Of a DNA stretch of 64,000 nt, positions 1 through 15,552 are shown in pieces. A model generated the notes under the pieces. It did not search any database and had not been told where the DNA came from. It saw nothing but the letters and a program-made list of their open reading frames with translations. Every line of letters begins with the position of its first letter. Position 1 is the first letter of the stretch. This DNA comes from the human T2T-CHM13v2.0 reference genome, Homo sapiens: NCBI RefSeq assembly GCF_009914755.1, contig NC_060939.1. One strand, 5' to 3'. The translations under genes were made by a program, and so were the position numbers.

Positions 1-57
1 TTTCTTATTCAAGTGATCATAATCTCTTCCTTTCTCTGGTATCTGTCTTTAGCACTG

Positions 58-418
58 TGATATGGTTTGGATTTGCGTCCCTGCCCAGATGTCATGTTGA
101 ATTGTAACCTTCAATGTTGGAGGAAGGGCCTGGTGGGAGGTGACTGGATCATGGAGGCAGATTTCCCCCTTGCTGTTCTTGTGATAGTGAGTTTTTACAA
201 GATCAGTTGTTTAAAAGTGTGTAGCATCTCCTCCTTCACTCTCCTCCTCCTTCTCCAGCCATGTAAAATGTACCTGCTTCCCCTTTGTCTTCTGCCATGA
301 TTGTAAGTTTCTCAAGGACTGTACAGCCTGCAGAACTGTGAGTCAATTAAACCTCTTTCTTTATAAATTACCCAGTCTCAGGGAGTTCTTTATAGTAGTG
401 TGAAAACAGACTAATACA
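58..418 (+). mobile_element. MaLR solo LTR (MSTA-like)
   Basis: tgatatggtttgg...ctaataca termini; 5-bp TSD cactg/cattg. Confidence 0.85.
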
Positions 419-614
419 CATTGCACGTTCTCTAGTTTTATGGCAGCAAGCCTCCCTGTTTTTGTTGTTCTCAGCAGCATCCAAAGTATGCTAGCCCCAA
501 GTCAGGCAAGACAGATAGCAATCTCTCAGGCAGCCTTCCAAAAAGCTGGGATATTGTCCACATGCCCCACTCTTCTCTCTCCCTCCCAGAGGAGAAGCTG
601 AGAGTTGGGGTGTC

Positions 615-720
615 TTTTTTTTTTTTTTTAAAGACAGGATCTCACTCTGTTGCTGAGACTGCAGTGCAGTGGCACAATCATGGCCCACTGTAGCTTTGAA
701 CTCCTTGGTTCAAAGTATTC
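615..720 (-). mobile_element. Alu fragment (AluJ-like 3' part)
   Basis: polyT followed by agacaggatctcactctgtt...gcagtggcacaatc. Confidence 0.8.
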
Positions 721-1892
721 AAGGTATGATCGAATTAAACTTCTTCCCTCAAATCTTCCCAATTCCCCAAGTCAGAATTTATTCATTCATTCATCAAATA
801 CTGAACAAGCACCTATTATGTGCTAGGTACTCTACTAGGTTGTCTGAGCTACGTTGTAGTTCTGATAACATTATAGAACTTCTCATCCCTTCCTATAGTC
901 ATTAATATTTGCATATGCAATTTCTTCCTTCCTTAACTGTGTGCTTCTAGAGTGATGGAACTGTGTCCAGTTCACCTCTGTAACCCAGGCATCTGGACAA
1001 TGCTTTGGAAATAGTAATTAAAATGAAATACAAGAGTGCCAAAACAAACTCCAAGTGGCTAGAAGAAAAATGTCTCCTAAACCATCTGGGTTTGCTAAAC
1101 ATAACCAGAAAGACAACAGTACCTGATGATAATCAGTTGTCTTATAAATAACACCAGATCACAATTAATTAGCTTCTTTTATGCTTTTTTCTATTCTTGT
1201 TGGAAAATGTATTGACAACTATTTTTTAATCCCTTATTTAAAGGATACTAATAAGTCAGTGGTCCATATTTCAGTTACATGTACATCAAAACCAGTTAGC
1301 AAGAAAAATGAAAATACACTCAAGTGATTTTCAGAAACATAAAAATCACCATCACCAACCACCCCAAACCAGGAAACACTTCCTCCTTCACTCACTGCCA
1401 CAAACCCAGTTACAGCAACAGTAAGAATTGACAGCGATAAAATAAAGAGCCCAAAAGGAATGAAAAAACTCAGAAAGTGCCATGTATAAGAAAAAAAAGG
1501 TTCAAATGTGTTTGGCAAACTAATGTCCCAGGATCCCAGTTCCAAACTAAGCAAAATTCATGGGCAGAATAAACATAGAATGTGGTCAAATCCATTGAGA
1601 GATTAAAAGCTTTTCTGAGGTCAAGAAACCTTAGGTTACAACGAAGGTTATTCAAAGGGAACTAGGGCTTTATTATTCAAAGGGAACTAGGCTTTCAAAG
1701 AAGAAGAAAATGATCAAGGTATCCACAAGCTCCAGGCCCATGGTTGGTACTTAATAAATGAGAGCTATTATGAGGAGCTGAGAACTAACTCAAATGTCCC
1801 TCTTTTGTGATGTCTCAGGGAGGATCACTGAATATCTTTCTCTGTGCTCCCATAGTACTCTATACAGGCTGCTATCATATCATTTACTGTAT

Positions 1893-2247
1893 GTACTAGG
1901 GTCCGAATGCTGTGTCCCTCCTAAATTCACATGTTGAAATATAATGTTTAATGTGGTGATATCTGGAGACGGGGCCTGTGGGAGGTAATTTGGTCATAAG
2001 GATGGAATCCTCATGAATGGGATTAGTGCCCTTATAAAAAGAGGCCAGAGAATTAGCTTGCACTCTTTTCACCATCTGGGGATAAAGTGACAAGTCAGCA
2101 GTTTGAAACCTGGAAGAGGGCCCTCACCATAACCTATGGTGGTACTTTGATCTTGAACTTCCAGACTACAGAATGTGAGAAATAAATTACTGTGTTTATA
2201 AGCCATCCAGTCTATGGTATTTTGTAATTGCAGCCTGGACTGAGACA
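1893..2247 (+). mobile_element. MaLR solo LTR (MLT1A-like)
   Basis: tgtgtccctcctaaattcacatgttgaaa...gaaataaatt...ctgagaca. Confidence 0.75.
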
Positions 2248-2479
2248 ATATGTCATCTATATTATGACATATGACATCTATACATATGCAGAACCAAGAT
2301 TCTTTCTTTAAGTCTTCTTGTTCATTCCCTCACATTTCAAATGCCATTCTCTTTCATTACTTGTTCTGTTCAAAGTAATGTCTCTTATTCCACTACCAAC
2401 ATAGAATAAGCTTCATGGAGTAAATTCTTCCAGATGATGCAGTATGAAATGATAGGAGAGCATGAAGTTATTTTTTTCA

Positions 2480-2830
2480 TTCTTGTTTTGAAATAATTTT
2501 AAGTAAACAAATATGTTGCAAAAATAGAGCATTCCTTTAACCCAGTGTCCCTTACTGTTAACATCTTACAAAAACATAGTATAATAATTGAAAGGAGGAA
2601 ATTAACATTGAGCCAATAAAACAGACTATTCTATAGATCTTACTTGAATTTCCAAGTTTTCCCATTGATGTCCTTTTTCTGGTCCAGGATCATACATTAC
2701 ATTTAATTGTTATGTGTCCTTAGTCTCCTCCATTCTGTGACAGTTCCTCACTTTTTCCTTGTCTTTCATGATATTGACGTTTTTGAAAAATATTAGTCAG
2801 TTATTGTGCAGAATGTCCCCCAACTTGGGT
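2480..2830 (-). mobile_element. old L1MC 3' fragment
   Basis: ttttgaaataatttt...gtccaggatc...cagaatgtccc pattern. Confidence 0.55.
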
Positions 2831-2842
2831 ATGATACACCTA

Positions 2843-3025
2843 GGTCTGATTCTTGGCTTTCTGACTTAATATCTATGTAGCCTTGGGCAAGTCAACCTCT
2901 CTGGGACTCAAGTTTCCTCATCTGTGAAATGGAATAGTAATACTGACTTTAAGAGGCTGCTTTCAAAATTAAATGAAGCAAATATATTAAAATGCCTGGG
3001 ATATAGGGCCATACAACAAATGTTA
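2843..3025 (+). mobile_element. MIR
   Basis: ccttgggcaagtc...ctcagtttcctcatctgtgaaatgg core. Confidence 0.75.
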
Positions 3026-4249
3026 TCTTTTCTCCTTGTGCTGCCTTTCAAATATTTCTGATAGAATTTTTTTTTTGCTAAAATATCTTACTCATATTTT
3101 AATGCCTTATTTTTTAGACAAAATCATATATAATGTAGCCTTTGATGACTCATTATCATCACTATAAAAAGCCATTGTTGTACTGTGCAACAGTTCCAGA
3201 TCTGTATTTTTGTTTGCTTTCCCTTATTGCTATTCCCTCTCAATGTCAATATGTCTGACTGTAAGGGCTTCATAATTCCATTTCTGATTTTCAGCTTGTG
3301 ATGTATCAAAATTCATTTATTCACCCACACATACATACAATGACGTACTGAATCTACTAAGTGCCAGGTCCTATGTTAGAATCTTGGAGATAGTGATAAC
3401 TTACTTCCTGTCCTCATCGATTTTATGGCTAGTGGGGGAAACTGACAAGAAAATAGTTAAATACAGTTCAGTGTGATCAATTCTATCAGAGATGCTTAAG
3501 ATCACATAAGAAGTATACTTAACCTGAATCTGGGGAAAGAGTCAGGCTGGGGAAGATCTCATGAAGAAGGTAACATTAAGCCTTGGTAAAGGACTGCAAA
3601 ATGCATAGGAATTAACCAGATAGAGGCAATAGCTTGTAGTTTAAGGAAGAGTTACTAGAACTGTGTGCTGAGTAAAAGTACATCGGTTCTGAAAAATAAA
3701 TCTCTTGTGTTATAAACTTGCAGCTTGAGAGCTATTTTGTGCCAATACCTCAGGGGCTTAGAAACTTCACCAGGAAACTCCTGGCGACTGCAGTTGACAT
3801 ACTTAAACCTTTGGCTATTACATTGAGCTTACCTCTTTCAACATCTGTGAACTGAAGTAAAATTTAAGGTGAAAATTGGCTGCTTGTTCCCATTTCAACA
3901 ATATAACAAGTTTTCTCCTTTCTAACAGAGGAGTTTTCTTTTCTAAAATAATCTAAATATCCATCAAAAAGTCCTCTTAAACTGACCCTTTTAACTTAAC
4001 CTGGCAAGAGAGGTTTTGAGGCTTTCCTAACATTCTTCCTTTCTACAGTACTAATTCCTGTGGCTTTAGAGGTTTGGCTTTGCATCCAACTGATTCCAAA
4101 GCCCCAGTCTAACTATGTAAATCTGTAACCTTAGCAAGTGTTATAAGTCTATTATCCATTAAATATTGGAACTTAAAAGAATCCAATGCAAAAATTTCAA
4201 ATTATTAATAAATTTGTCTGCCAGTCTCTATTCTCACAGTCATCTTCAC

Positions 4250-4280
<31 letters not shown>

Positions 4281-4282
4281 TT
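4250..4282. repeat. (TTC)n plus polyT microsatellite
   Basis: Seen directly. Confidence 0.9.
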
Positions 4283-4382
4283 TCATCTGGAGAGTAACTA
4301 AGTTGAATTCTTTTAGTTTTCTCCACAGGGACTATTTCTCAAACCTTAACTGCTTCTAACTCAAAGCAATAATATTACATAC

Positions 4383-4506
4383 CGTCAACTGGTGTATCAG
4401 GAGGTCCATTAAGAAGGTAATCTTGTTACTAAACAGAACATCACTGCAGTTTTCTGAACAGTTATTGCAGGTGAGGTTGTAAACATTGATTGCATTGCAG
4501 AGAGAC
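4383..4506 (-). CDS. SCAPER: SCAPER internal coding exon (124 nt; G + SLCNAINVYNLTCNNCSENCSDVLFSNKITFLMDLLIHQLT)
   Basis: Minus strand reads gtttttctccttcttttag|GTCTCT...TTGACG|gtatgt. The first G completes AA|G (Lys) from the upstream exon, followed by 41 codons. Contained in ORF 4356..4562. Confidence 0.96.
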
Positions 4507-5149
4507 CTAAAAGAAGGAGAAAAACACCATTTATAAAACCCGAGCAGCTCTTCTTTAAACAATTAAAAATACATAAAATGAATGGTATGAAAGCCAACAG
4601 GCATGAGATGGAAGTCACTCTAAAAACCAAGCCAAATACTATTAGGTACAAGGCCCATCAGCTAGATATAAAAGCTTATAATTTTCACCCAAAGCCCAGT
4701 GTTCACTGGTACCTAATAACTCTTACTAATTTCTATTAGCTGCAGTTGCAGATAATGGAAACATATTTTACCAGTCTATGACAGTTTCTGAATACTCTAA
4801 GACTAGATGTTATCTAGGAACCTTGGTTCTTGAAATAATACCCAGAAAAAAAAGGAAAAGGGCTCTATCAAAGCTTCTGTTGCCAGATCACCTGGTCCGG
4901 GATAAGAAAGATCATGGAAGAAGAGAGCACCCATAAAGAGAAACTGGAGGCTCTCCATGTAAGATAAGACCCCGGAGTTCTAGGGAGTCGACATCACACT
5001 GCTTGGAGGCGGGGCATGGATGAGTGCCTGAGCAGATGAGGACATCTTTCCCAGAGTGTAAAAACTGGCCTGCGTGGGCCCAGACAGTTTAAGGTCAAAC
5101 TGATCAAAGAAATGTTTTTCTCTAGGAGGTTAAAAAAATATGCTGAAAA

Positions 5150-6553
<1,404 letters not shown>

Positions 6554-6751
6554 TGATATGCAATTGTTTAAAGAAACTTTTAGAGCAACAAGGTCAATGG
6601 GCACGACAGATTCCTGGATGTTTTGAATACTGTGACTAAAACCTGCATTGCCTGAGTGACCAACGTTTATTTTGGCCTGTCTGACTAAATCTCCTGCTTA
6701 AGTTCTAGGTAAAAATGTTTTGATTTAGTCCCTTACAACCAAGTCTCTAGG

Positions 6752-6909
6752 ACAGTTCTTAAACATGTGATTCACAGACCAGCAGTATTGGGAACTTGTA
6801 AGAAATGCAAATTCTCAAGCTCTAACCCAGACCTAGTAAACAGCAGCTCTGGGGATTTTAACAAGTTCTGCAGGTAGTTGTGCCACATATTCAAGTTAGA
6901 GAACCACTG
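6752..6909. mobile_element. MER5A (hAT-Charlie) relic
   Basis: cagttcttaaac...agaaatgcaaattctc...gagaaccactg. Confidence 0.75.
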
Positions 6910-6959
6910 CTCTCGGATAGGGGTTCTGTATCTTGACTAAGCATTAGGATCACCTGTAG

Positions 6960-7281
6960 TTTTATTTTACTTTATTATTATTATTATTTTTTGAGACAGG
7001 GTCTCACTCTGTCACCCAGGCTGGAGTGAAGTAGAACAATCTCGGCTCACTGCAACCTCTGACTCCTGGGTTCAAGCTATTCTCCCACCTCAGCCTCCCA
7101 AGGAGCTGTAATCCCAAGGATTACACGCGTGTGCCACCACACCCATCAAATTTTTATGTTTTTAGTAGAGACAGGTTTCCTCTTGTTGGCCAGGCTGGTC
7201 TCGAATTCCTGGCCTCATGTGATCCACCCACCTCGGCCTCCCAAAGTGTTGAGATTACAGGCGTAAGCCACCATGCCTGGT
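6960..7281 (-). mobile_element. Alu (old J/S)
   Basis: Full dimer with (TTA)n tail; TSD acctg(t/c)ag. Confidence 0.92.
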
Positions 7282-8479
7282 ACCTGCAGATCTTTAAAAA
7301 TATATGCTTGCCTGAATTCTTCCCTTGGTGGTACTAGTTGGGAAATGGGGTAGGCTCCTGACATCTGAATGTTTCAAAATCTTTATGGGCAATTTTGATG
7401 TGCAGCCAGAGTTATTTGTTCATTCAAAAAATATCTAACTTCCTATGATGTTCCAGGTGTTGTGCTAGGTGGATAAGATAGGCAAGTTCTCTGTCCTTAT
7501 GGAGCTGATGCTCTAGTGGGAGAGAGATGGTGAAGAGAGACCTTGTTATACTTGTAATCATCTGTCTGATATAGCTGTATACTGCTTCACATAACTGATA
7601 GGTTCCTGAAAAAAGGGCACAGTAGAATATACTGGTTAAGACTAGAGACATTGGAGTAAGATACTAGTTAGAATCCTACTTCTACCATTCAAGATTTTAG
7701 CAAGTTAGTTACTAATTTCACGTAATAGCATCCATTTTTTCACCTATAAAACTGGAATATCTAAACTTTGTATGCCTGTCATGAGAACTGAGATAATAGA
7801 TGTAAAGTACTTAGGACAGTGCCTGGCACATGATTAAGTACTTAATAAATGGTAGCCCTTATTATGGCTATTAGTCTATTATTTGGGTTATTAATCTTAT
7901 TATTCTTAATGAATAAGGTATAAATAATATGTTAATAAACAGAATCAAATTAAAGCATGCTACAGATGCTTATTTCCAGGTTAGTAAAGCACAGTGCTTG
8001 CCAAATTTTTTCATGGTATGCTGACATAAATGCTGAAAGGACTAAGTTGATGGGAGCCAGAAGGAGACTCATCTGTTTCCAGCCTCACCCAATTTCCCTG
8101 AGTAATGAAAAAAAAACCTTGACCCACATCTAACACATTTATGACATATCAGTTGGAGGTTCTATCTAGCAAATTCTCCACAGATGTCAACCAGCACCAC
8201 TTCATTTATTTGATAACATGTCTAAATTTTCAAGAGTATTTTTCTATTTAATTTAAAAATAATGTGCATTTATGCTGATAAAAATAATTTTAAAAATAAT
8301 TGTCATAAATCTGGGAAAGAGAACCACAAAGAAATACTAAAATACTATCAAGAGAAAATTTGGTATTTGTACTTCTAGTCTTTTTCCTATTCTTATAAAT
8401 AAATTTACATTTATTTTTTATCCCATTTTCCCATATCTTAATTAATATATAATAATGAACAGTTCTCCATGACATCTAA

Positions 8480-8798
<319 letters not shown>

Positions 8799-9562
8799 TA
8801 GGAAGAGCAGGGAAATTCTTTCTTCAAATAAAATCTTACTCAGAAGCTTGAACCAAAGAACAGATAAAATCAGAGTTGCTCTGGCTGAAGCAGAAGTTGG
8901 AGACCCAGCGACCTACCCTGCTTTCCCCTTTCAAAGACCCTTGAAAGCGTCCTTAGAGGCCTGGGGGTGTGTTCCTTTGTGATACAGTGAAAACTAATGA
9001 GCTAAGAAACAAGTAAAATTTAATTTGCTAACTTTTTGAATAGGTGATGATGACCACAGTACAATTATGCCAAAACAAAAAAAGTGCACTATGAAAAGCT
9101 TCTCCCTATTACTCATGTCCCCCAGCCTCATCTTAGAAATCATCATGGTTACTGGTTTACATATCCTTCCAGAGACAATCCGAGCATGGAAAGCCTTTTA
9201 TTCTCCCCTACACAAACAGTATCCTACAAGATTTGGAGGTTGAATGTGAGTCAAAGACATCTTCCTGTGGCTCTTGGTTGTTATTAGCAAGGTTTGGAAA
9301 CATGAGGCTTTCCTGCAGCAGCATTCTGGGGTCCATTTTCCAGCTTCCTGGGCATCAAAAATCAGTGGCATAAGTTGTGCTAATTTCTCGTCTGTAGCTT
9401 CGGGTACACATTCTGTGGTTTCTTGGGTGTAAGAGATAGTTGTTTGTGTGGCATTAGCCACACATTTACTTCCTAACTTGTGCTGGCCTCAGAAGGAGCA
9501 GCACCCCTGTGAATTTGTTTGGTATTGTTTCAGGAGTCAATCTAGAAGTCTTACAACAATTT

Positions 9563-9766
9563 TCTTTTTCCTTCCTTTCCCTTCCTTTCCTTTCTTTTCT
9601 TTCTTTCTTTTTGAGACAGGGTACAGGGTGTTGTTCTGTCACCCAGGCTGGAGTGCAGTGGCATGATCATAGCTCAATGCAGCCTGAAACTCCTAGGCTC
9701 AAGTGATGCTTCTACCTCAGCCTCCAGAGTAGCTGGATCTACAGGTACACACCACAACACCCAGCT

Positions 9767-9799
<33 letters not shown>

Positions 9800-9921
9800 T
9801 AGAGACAGAGTCTCACTATGTTGCCCAGGCTGGTCTTGACTTCCTGGCCTCAAGTGATCCCTCCTTCCACCTAGGCCTCCCAAAGTGTTGGGATTATAGG
9901 CGTTAGCCAACACACCTAGCC
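9563..9921 (-). mobile_element. AluJ with (TTTC/TTTCC) tail and expanded middle T run
   Basis: Alu consensus match. Confidence 0.9.
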
Positions 9922-10559
9922 GTCCAAGAATTTTCTAAGTACTTAATGTCTTATACTAAGTTCCCTCTCTGAGTAAAATACTTAAACTGAGAAATACTGC
10001 ATAGTCTTTAAAAGCTAAATAGTTTCTCATCCTGTGGATATAAAAATTTACTTCAATTAATCTCTTACTATTCTGTCCAATTTTCAATGTTATAAATAAA
10101 GTTGTTTTAACAACAGTCAGAATTCTTAGTTGCAAGCCATGGTGTTAATGGGGGGGAAGCTCAGGTTGATTTAAATAGAAAGGAAATTAATTGACAGGCT
10201 ACTTGCGTATATAATAGAATTTGGAAAACTTAGGTGTTGAAGTTACACTTCCAGAACTAATATCCAAAGAACACAACACCAAACTGGTCTGCTGAAAAAA
10301 AACCACTGGGCACCATATGAGACAGACTGAACTAACATTGTGACTTTGAAGGCTAGATATAGCTGCCTCAAACTCTCCAAAGAATACAGTTTGAGATGTC
10401 TTTGCTTCTTTACTTCATTGCCTTCAGAGTGAAAGTCTAGTGTGGGTATGGTGGATTATAAAACCTTGGTCACATTCCTGTATCTTAGACACTAAAGACT
10501 GGGAAGCAAATACTTGGCACTCTCAGGTTCTATAGTGAGAGAGCCATCTTATATGATTG

Positions 10560-11950
10560 AGAATTCTGCAAATATATATAGGACAATGGTTGAGATGCTG
10601 TGCAGGTTAACAGCACAACCCATGTTTACAACAGCTGCTGAACAAATCATTCTGTACCACTCTGCCTTCTTCCCTAGGATAAATTTCCAATAATGATAAT
10701 TTGAGTCAAAGAATATGAACATTTTATGAAGCCTTTTGATAGATATTATCAAATTTAAACTGCCCTCCAGAAAAAAAATTGTAATCAATTTATACCCCCA
10801 GAAAAATATTTTTTCCATGCTTTCACCAACATTAAATAATCTCATTAAAGCAAATATTTACCAATTTGACAGCTAAATAAAACCGGTATTTTAAAGGTTA
10901 CATTTCTTTGATTATCAGTATGATTAGAGATTTTTTCCCGTGTTTATTTGCCATGTCTATTTACATTTTCTTGCATTATCACGGTGTGCCTTCTACTCAT
11001 TTTCTATTGGGGTGTGTTTTCCTTATTTATTTATAAGGCTCTTTACTGATAATATAGATGTTAACCCTTTTGGTCATATTTTAAAAATAACTTTTCCAGT
11101 TTATTGCTATCTTAATTTTTTTTTTTAGTTTTTTTTGGTCATAAATAACTTTTACATTTTTATTTGATACAATCTGCCAAACTTTTCCTTTAGGACCTCT
11201 GAGATTCCTGTCAGACTTAGAAAGGCCATTCTACTTGAATATTATAAAAATATTCTTTTAAGTTTACTTCTGGTGCTTTTATGAGCTTTGCCTTTGAATT
11301 CACAATATAAACTTGATTTAGGCATAAGGGAAAAAGACATTTACTTTCTTATTTTTCTTCAAAATAAAGTTGCTATTTATCATCATCTTTTTGTTAATTC
11401 TAGTTTGCTATTTTAAAATTTGGGGAGGAGGTTTTCATCTTTTAAAAATAACTTACTAAGATTATCTCATTATAAATATGACAAATGGTTAATACATATT
11501 GTTAATATCTTTTTCCAGCTTAACTTTTATCTTCCATTTTGCTTATGTTATTTTAAAGTTTTTAAAAATATATTGAGACTAAACAATTCTATGTAGTCTA
11601 ACAATTTTTGTAGTTTTCTTTTTCCTGCTTTTCTTTTTGTGCTTTAAAAATTCTTTCTCACTCTCACTATGAGATGAGGTAATTATTCATTTGTATCACC
11701 TTCTAACCATTTGTATTTATTTTCCTTGAATTATCACTGTGTATGGTAATTTTATGGTTTTCTAATTCACTGCTGATTCATTTAGAATTTATTTTGGTGT
11801 GTTGTGTGAGACAGGAGCCCGAATTTATTTTTCCCATGAAGAGGTATTAAATAAACCCTCCTTTCTCCACTGGTTTGAAATGCCATCTTTATCAGACTCT
11901 AATTGATAACTATCTATCATCGTGTCTATTTCACATTGTTTTGTGTATTG
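10560..11950 (-). mobile_element. old L1M(E) fragments
   Basis: Degenerate antisense L1 ORF2/3' pattern, T-rich. Confidence 0.5.
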
Positions 11951-13888
11951 TAGCTTTATAGTAGAGTCAATATATAAAATTGCAGATCTCTAAAGGCTTT
12001 TAAAAATATTTCGGGGTATTAAATTAAGAATAATGTGTGGAACATTACAACTCTATTCTATTTTCCCTTTGGTTTTGAACTATATTTATATAACCTTTAT
12101 TTTTAATTTTTTTGTTTGTTTTATTCAATGGAATTCCTACTACTTGTTTCAAATCTTTTGTGCGTTATCATGAGGCATGAACAAACAACACACGGTATGG
12201 GACTAATGTCCTAATGCCCTCTGTGCTTTACATTATATAGAAAAGTCATTTATGGGTAAAGTGTGGAATGTATATCTACATAATCTTAGGCTCACAAAAC
12301 TCTCCTGAGAAACTTTCACAAAGAAACCACTTTCTGATGAGGAAAAAAAAGGAGGAGGGAACCGAAAAACTCAGGGTCAGGAAAAACTTGTCCTTTCAGT
12401 AAAACTTGTTTGAAAGACAACCTCTATTTGAGGAGTACCTGTCTTAGAAAGATCACTCCTTTGAACCCAGCCTGGGTGGTCTACCCAAGCAGCTTTCCCT
12501 GTAATTTTAAACTCAAATGACTAGAAGCACGTTTTAACATCAAACAGAAAGCACCAGATTTTCAAAGTATCTTTTGAGAAGACATTAAAAACTTATTGTC
12601 CATCCTGTCAAAAGTACCCTGTGGTTGGGGGTTTGAGATAAAGGCTTTCTGCTCCAAAAAATCATGAATATGTGAGTGAATTTTTGTGTCAGTAAGTCTT
12701 TTCACTGAAAATGTTTCCTCTCAAAAAACAGAGGATAGGAAAAGCATCATAAAATTGGGTCTTTTGACAATAAGTGCAGGACATATAGAAAAAGGACAGT
12801 AATAGAATACAAGTGTAGTACACAGCTAAGACATTATGAAATAGTTAAACAGAAAAGCTCCAGGTGGTTGCCATGTGGGAAGGTTTAATAATATAACTTA
12901 GAAAGTACATAGTTTATATTCTTGTGCAGTTTGCAGTGGTTAAGACTTAAAAAAAAACACACACTGTTCACCAAAATCCATTGTCATACACCTGTGTCAA
13001 GAGAGCAACCATTTTTAAACAACTGCCAAAGGCAATTTCACAAAATCTACATGGGGGAGGGAGAATGGCTTTAAGTTCTGGCACAGTAAAATTCTGTGCC
13101 AAGTAGGGATAGCAAGTACTAGGATCACATAAATATGGCTGCAAAGAGAAACTTGGTGTTTTTATCAATTATCGTTTTGCCCTCAAGTAAGAACAGAATT
13201 AGCCTGATACGGATAAATGTAAAAGGACAGATCCTCGCAAAACAAAGAAGATGATTAGCAGTTTATATAGTATTAGTTTGATGAGAACCCTCTAGATTGG
13301 ACCAGAACACCCAGACCTGGAGTTTTCCAATTCGTTAGGAAAGGGAGAGACAAATGTTAACACCAGAGCCCCAATGCATATGTAATTTACTGAATATCTT
13401 TGGTTTGCACTAAGGATTTAATAAATAGCATACAGTTTATATGCATTTAGTCATTCTCAAATTATGCTTTATCTTTATAAAGCTCCAAATTAGTTTCTTT
13501 AGATATTATTTAAAAGAATTATGTGAAACTAGGGAGGTCTAACTGTGCTTAGAAGTCTAAGGCCTGAAGTGAACCTAAGTCAGTGCCCCTCTCACAGAAT
13601 GAGACGTAATCTAGGCCTGGCCCTGCAGGAGTGGCCCACCTGAAAGCACGTACCAATTCTAGAGGCTGAAACTGAGACTTGGGTCAAACCACTGAAAACT
13701 ATATTCTGTTACATAACCAGCCTAAGTTGCTTCTAGGCAAGATCCTTGTCTCATTCATTCTGTCGGGACCCCTCATACTGTGCAGCACAAAGTCTGGCTG
13801 AGCACAAGGATGTCCAATGAAGGGACAACTGTCTTCCTTGTTTAAAACATACAAGAATGTGTAACTGTGGAATATCTTAATACATTAA

Positions 13889-14206
<318 letters not shown>

Positions 14207-14689
14207 CACTATTCTACTTTTTAATGCTGATTTGATCATGAACATTTATTCTCAGCCAATCTGGTTTATTCTCAGCACCAGAGAAATATTTTATTTTTTG
14301 TAGCTATCAGGAATAAAATTTGGACCCAACAGAGAGAACTGTGAAGTATCTAAAAGTTTTGAAGTGTATTTATAAAGAAGGAAAATTATTTTAGAACTTG
14401 AAAATTAGATTGTGGCTAAATTGCTTTATAAATATGCTGGGAGGCAAGATTAAAACTTATAAAAGTTATTTTATTAAGCTTTCACTGTAAGCAGTTTTAA
14501 GAGGAGACATAATCTACTGATTCTGCGTAAAAGCTGAATTATGATGGGATTATATGACTGTTCATTTAACTACTGTTTATTGGGCATCTATTTATGTCTA
14601 GGTGCTATGCTAAGTGTAACAGGCAACAATGAAAAAAATTAGATACCTGTCCTGACCTCATACACGCTGCATATATGCATATATATATT

Positions 14690-15552
14690 TTTTTGTTAAA
14701 AAACATTTTTAATGAAATAAAACACAGATACAGAAAATTACACAAAAATATAGCTTAGTTAGTTGTTATAAGGAAAACATCCTTGAAATCACCACTCAGG
14801 TCCAGAATTTTGTTACTAAGAAGCTCCAGACATACTTTTCCTCATCCCAATTATAGCCTCTCCTTCCCTGCAAAGTAGCTGCAATTCTGACATTTATAGT
14901 CATCACTTACTTGCATTTTATTATGCTTTTATCACCTAAGTGTGTATCTCCAGCACTGTGCCTCCATGGTTAGTCTTACCTACTTTTAACAAAGCCTTTC
15001 AAAAATATGTCTGGATATGTCTTTTACATCTCTTTTAATCTGTGAAGTTCCCCTCCATTCCTCTATTTTCCTTACAACTTTGCTGCCTGCATATACATGG
15101 TGAAGTTCAAATGTTCCTTTTTCTTCAGCATTTCCTGAAAATTGGAAGTTGGATCCGGAGGCTTGATCAGACTCAGGTTTGACCTCTTTTGGCAAGACTA
15201 TAGGTGGTGGAGTTCTTTAATCAGCAGGCGCATAATATCTGAATGTCACTTTTTTTTTTCAGGTTAGCAGTCACTGATGATCAATACCTAGAGCCATGAA
15301 TTCATCAAAGGTTCACTCTTCAAGGGGTACAAAACTGTGATACTCAAATTCTATTATTTTGTTTCAATTTGTTAGATGAAATAATTTATAAGGAGACATT
15401 CCCTTCATATATTTGATTGCCTAATGGTATAGCTCCACATAAATGTTTGAGATTTTCCTTTTATTTTTTCAGTTACCAACATAATGGGTTCCCTGTCATG
15501 CTTAGAAAGTGACAAGTTAGTTTTTTAGTTTTATCTTAAATATCACTAAAAA
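14690..15552 (-). mobile_element. L1MC4-like 3' segment (left part; resumes at ~20885-22350)
   Basis: Sequence ...aactcatgaatt continues as ...ggatttagatatatttga after the nested insertions. Confidence 0.6.

Noticed and set aside
4440-4480. Three N-x-S/T sequons and CxxCxxxC in the exon peptide
   Set aside because: No evidence from this window that the region is luminal or metal-binding; not testable here.
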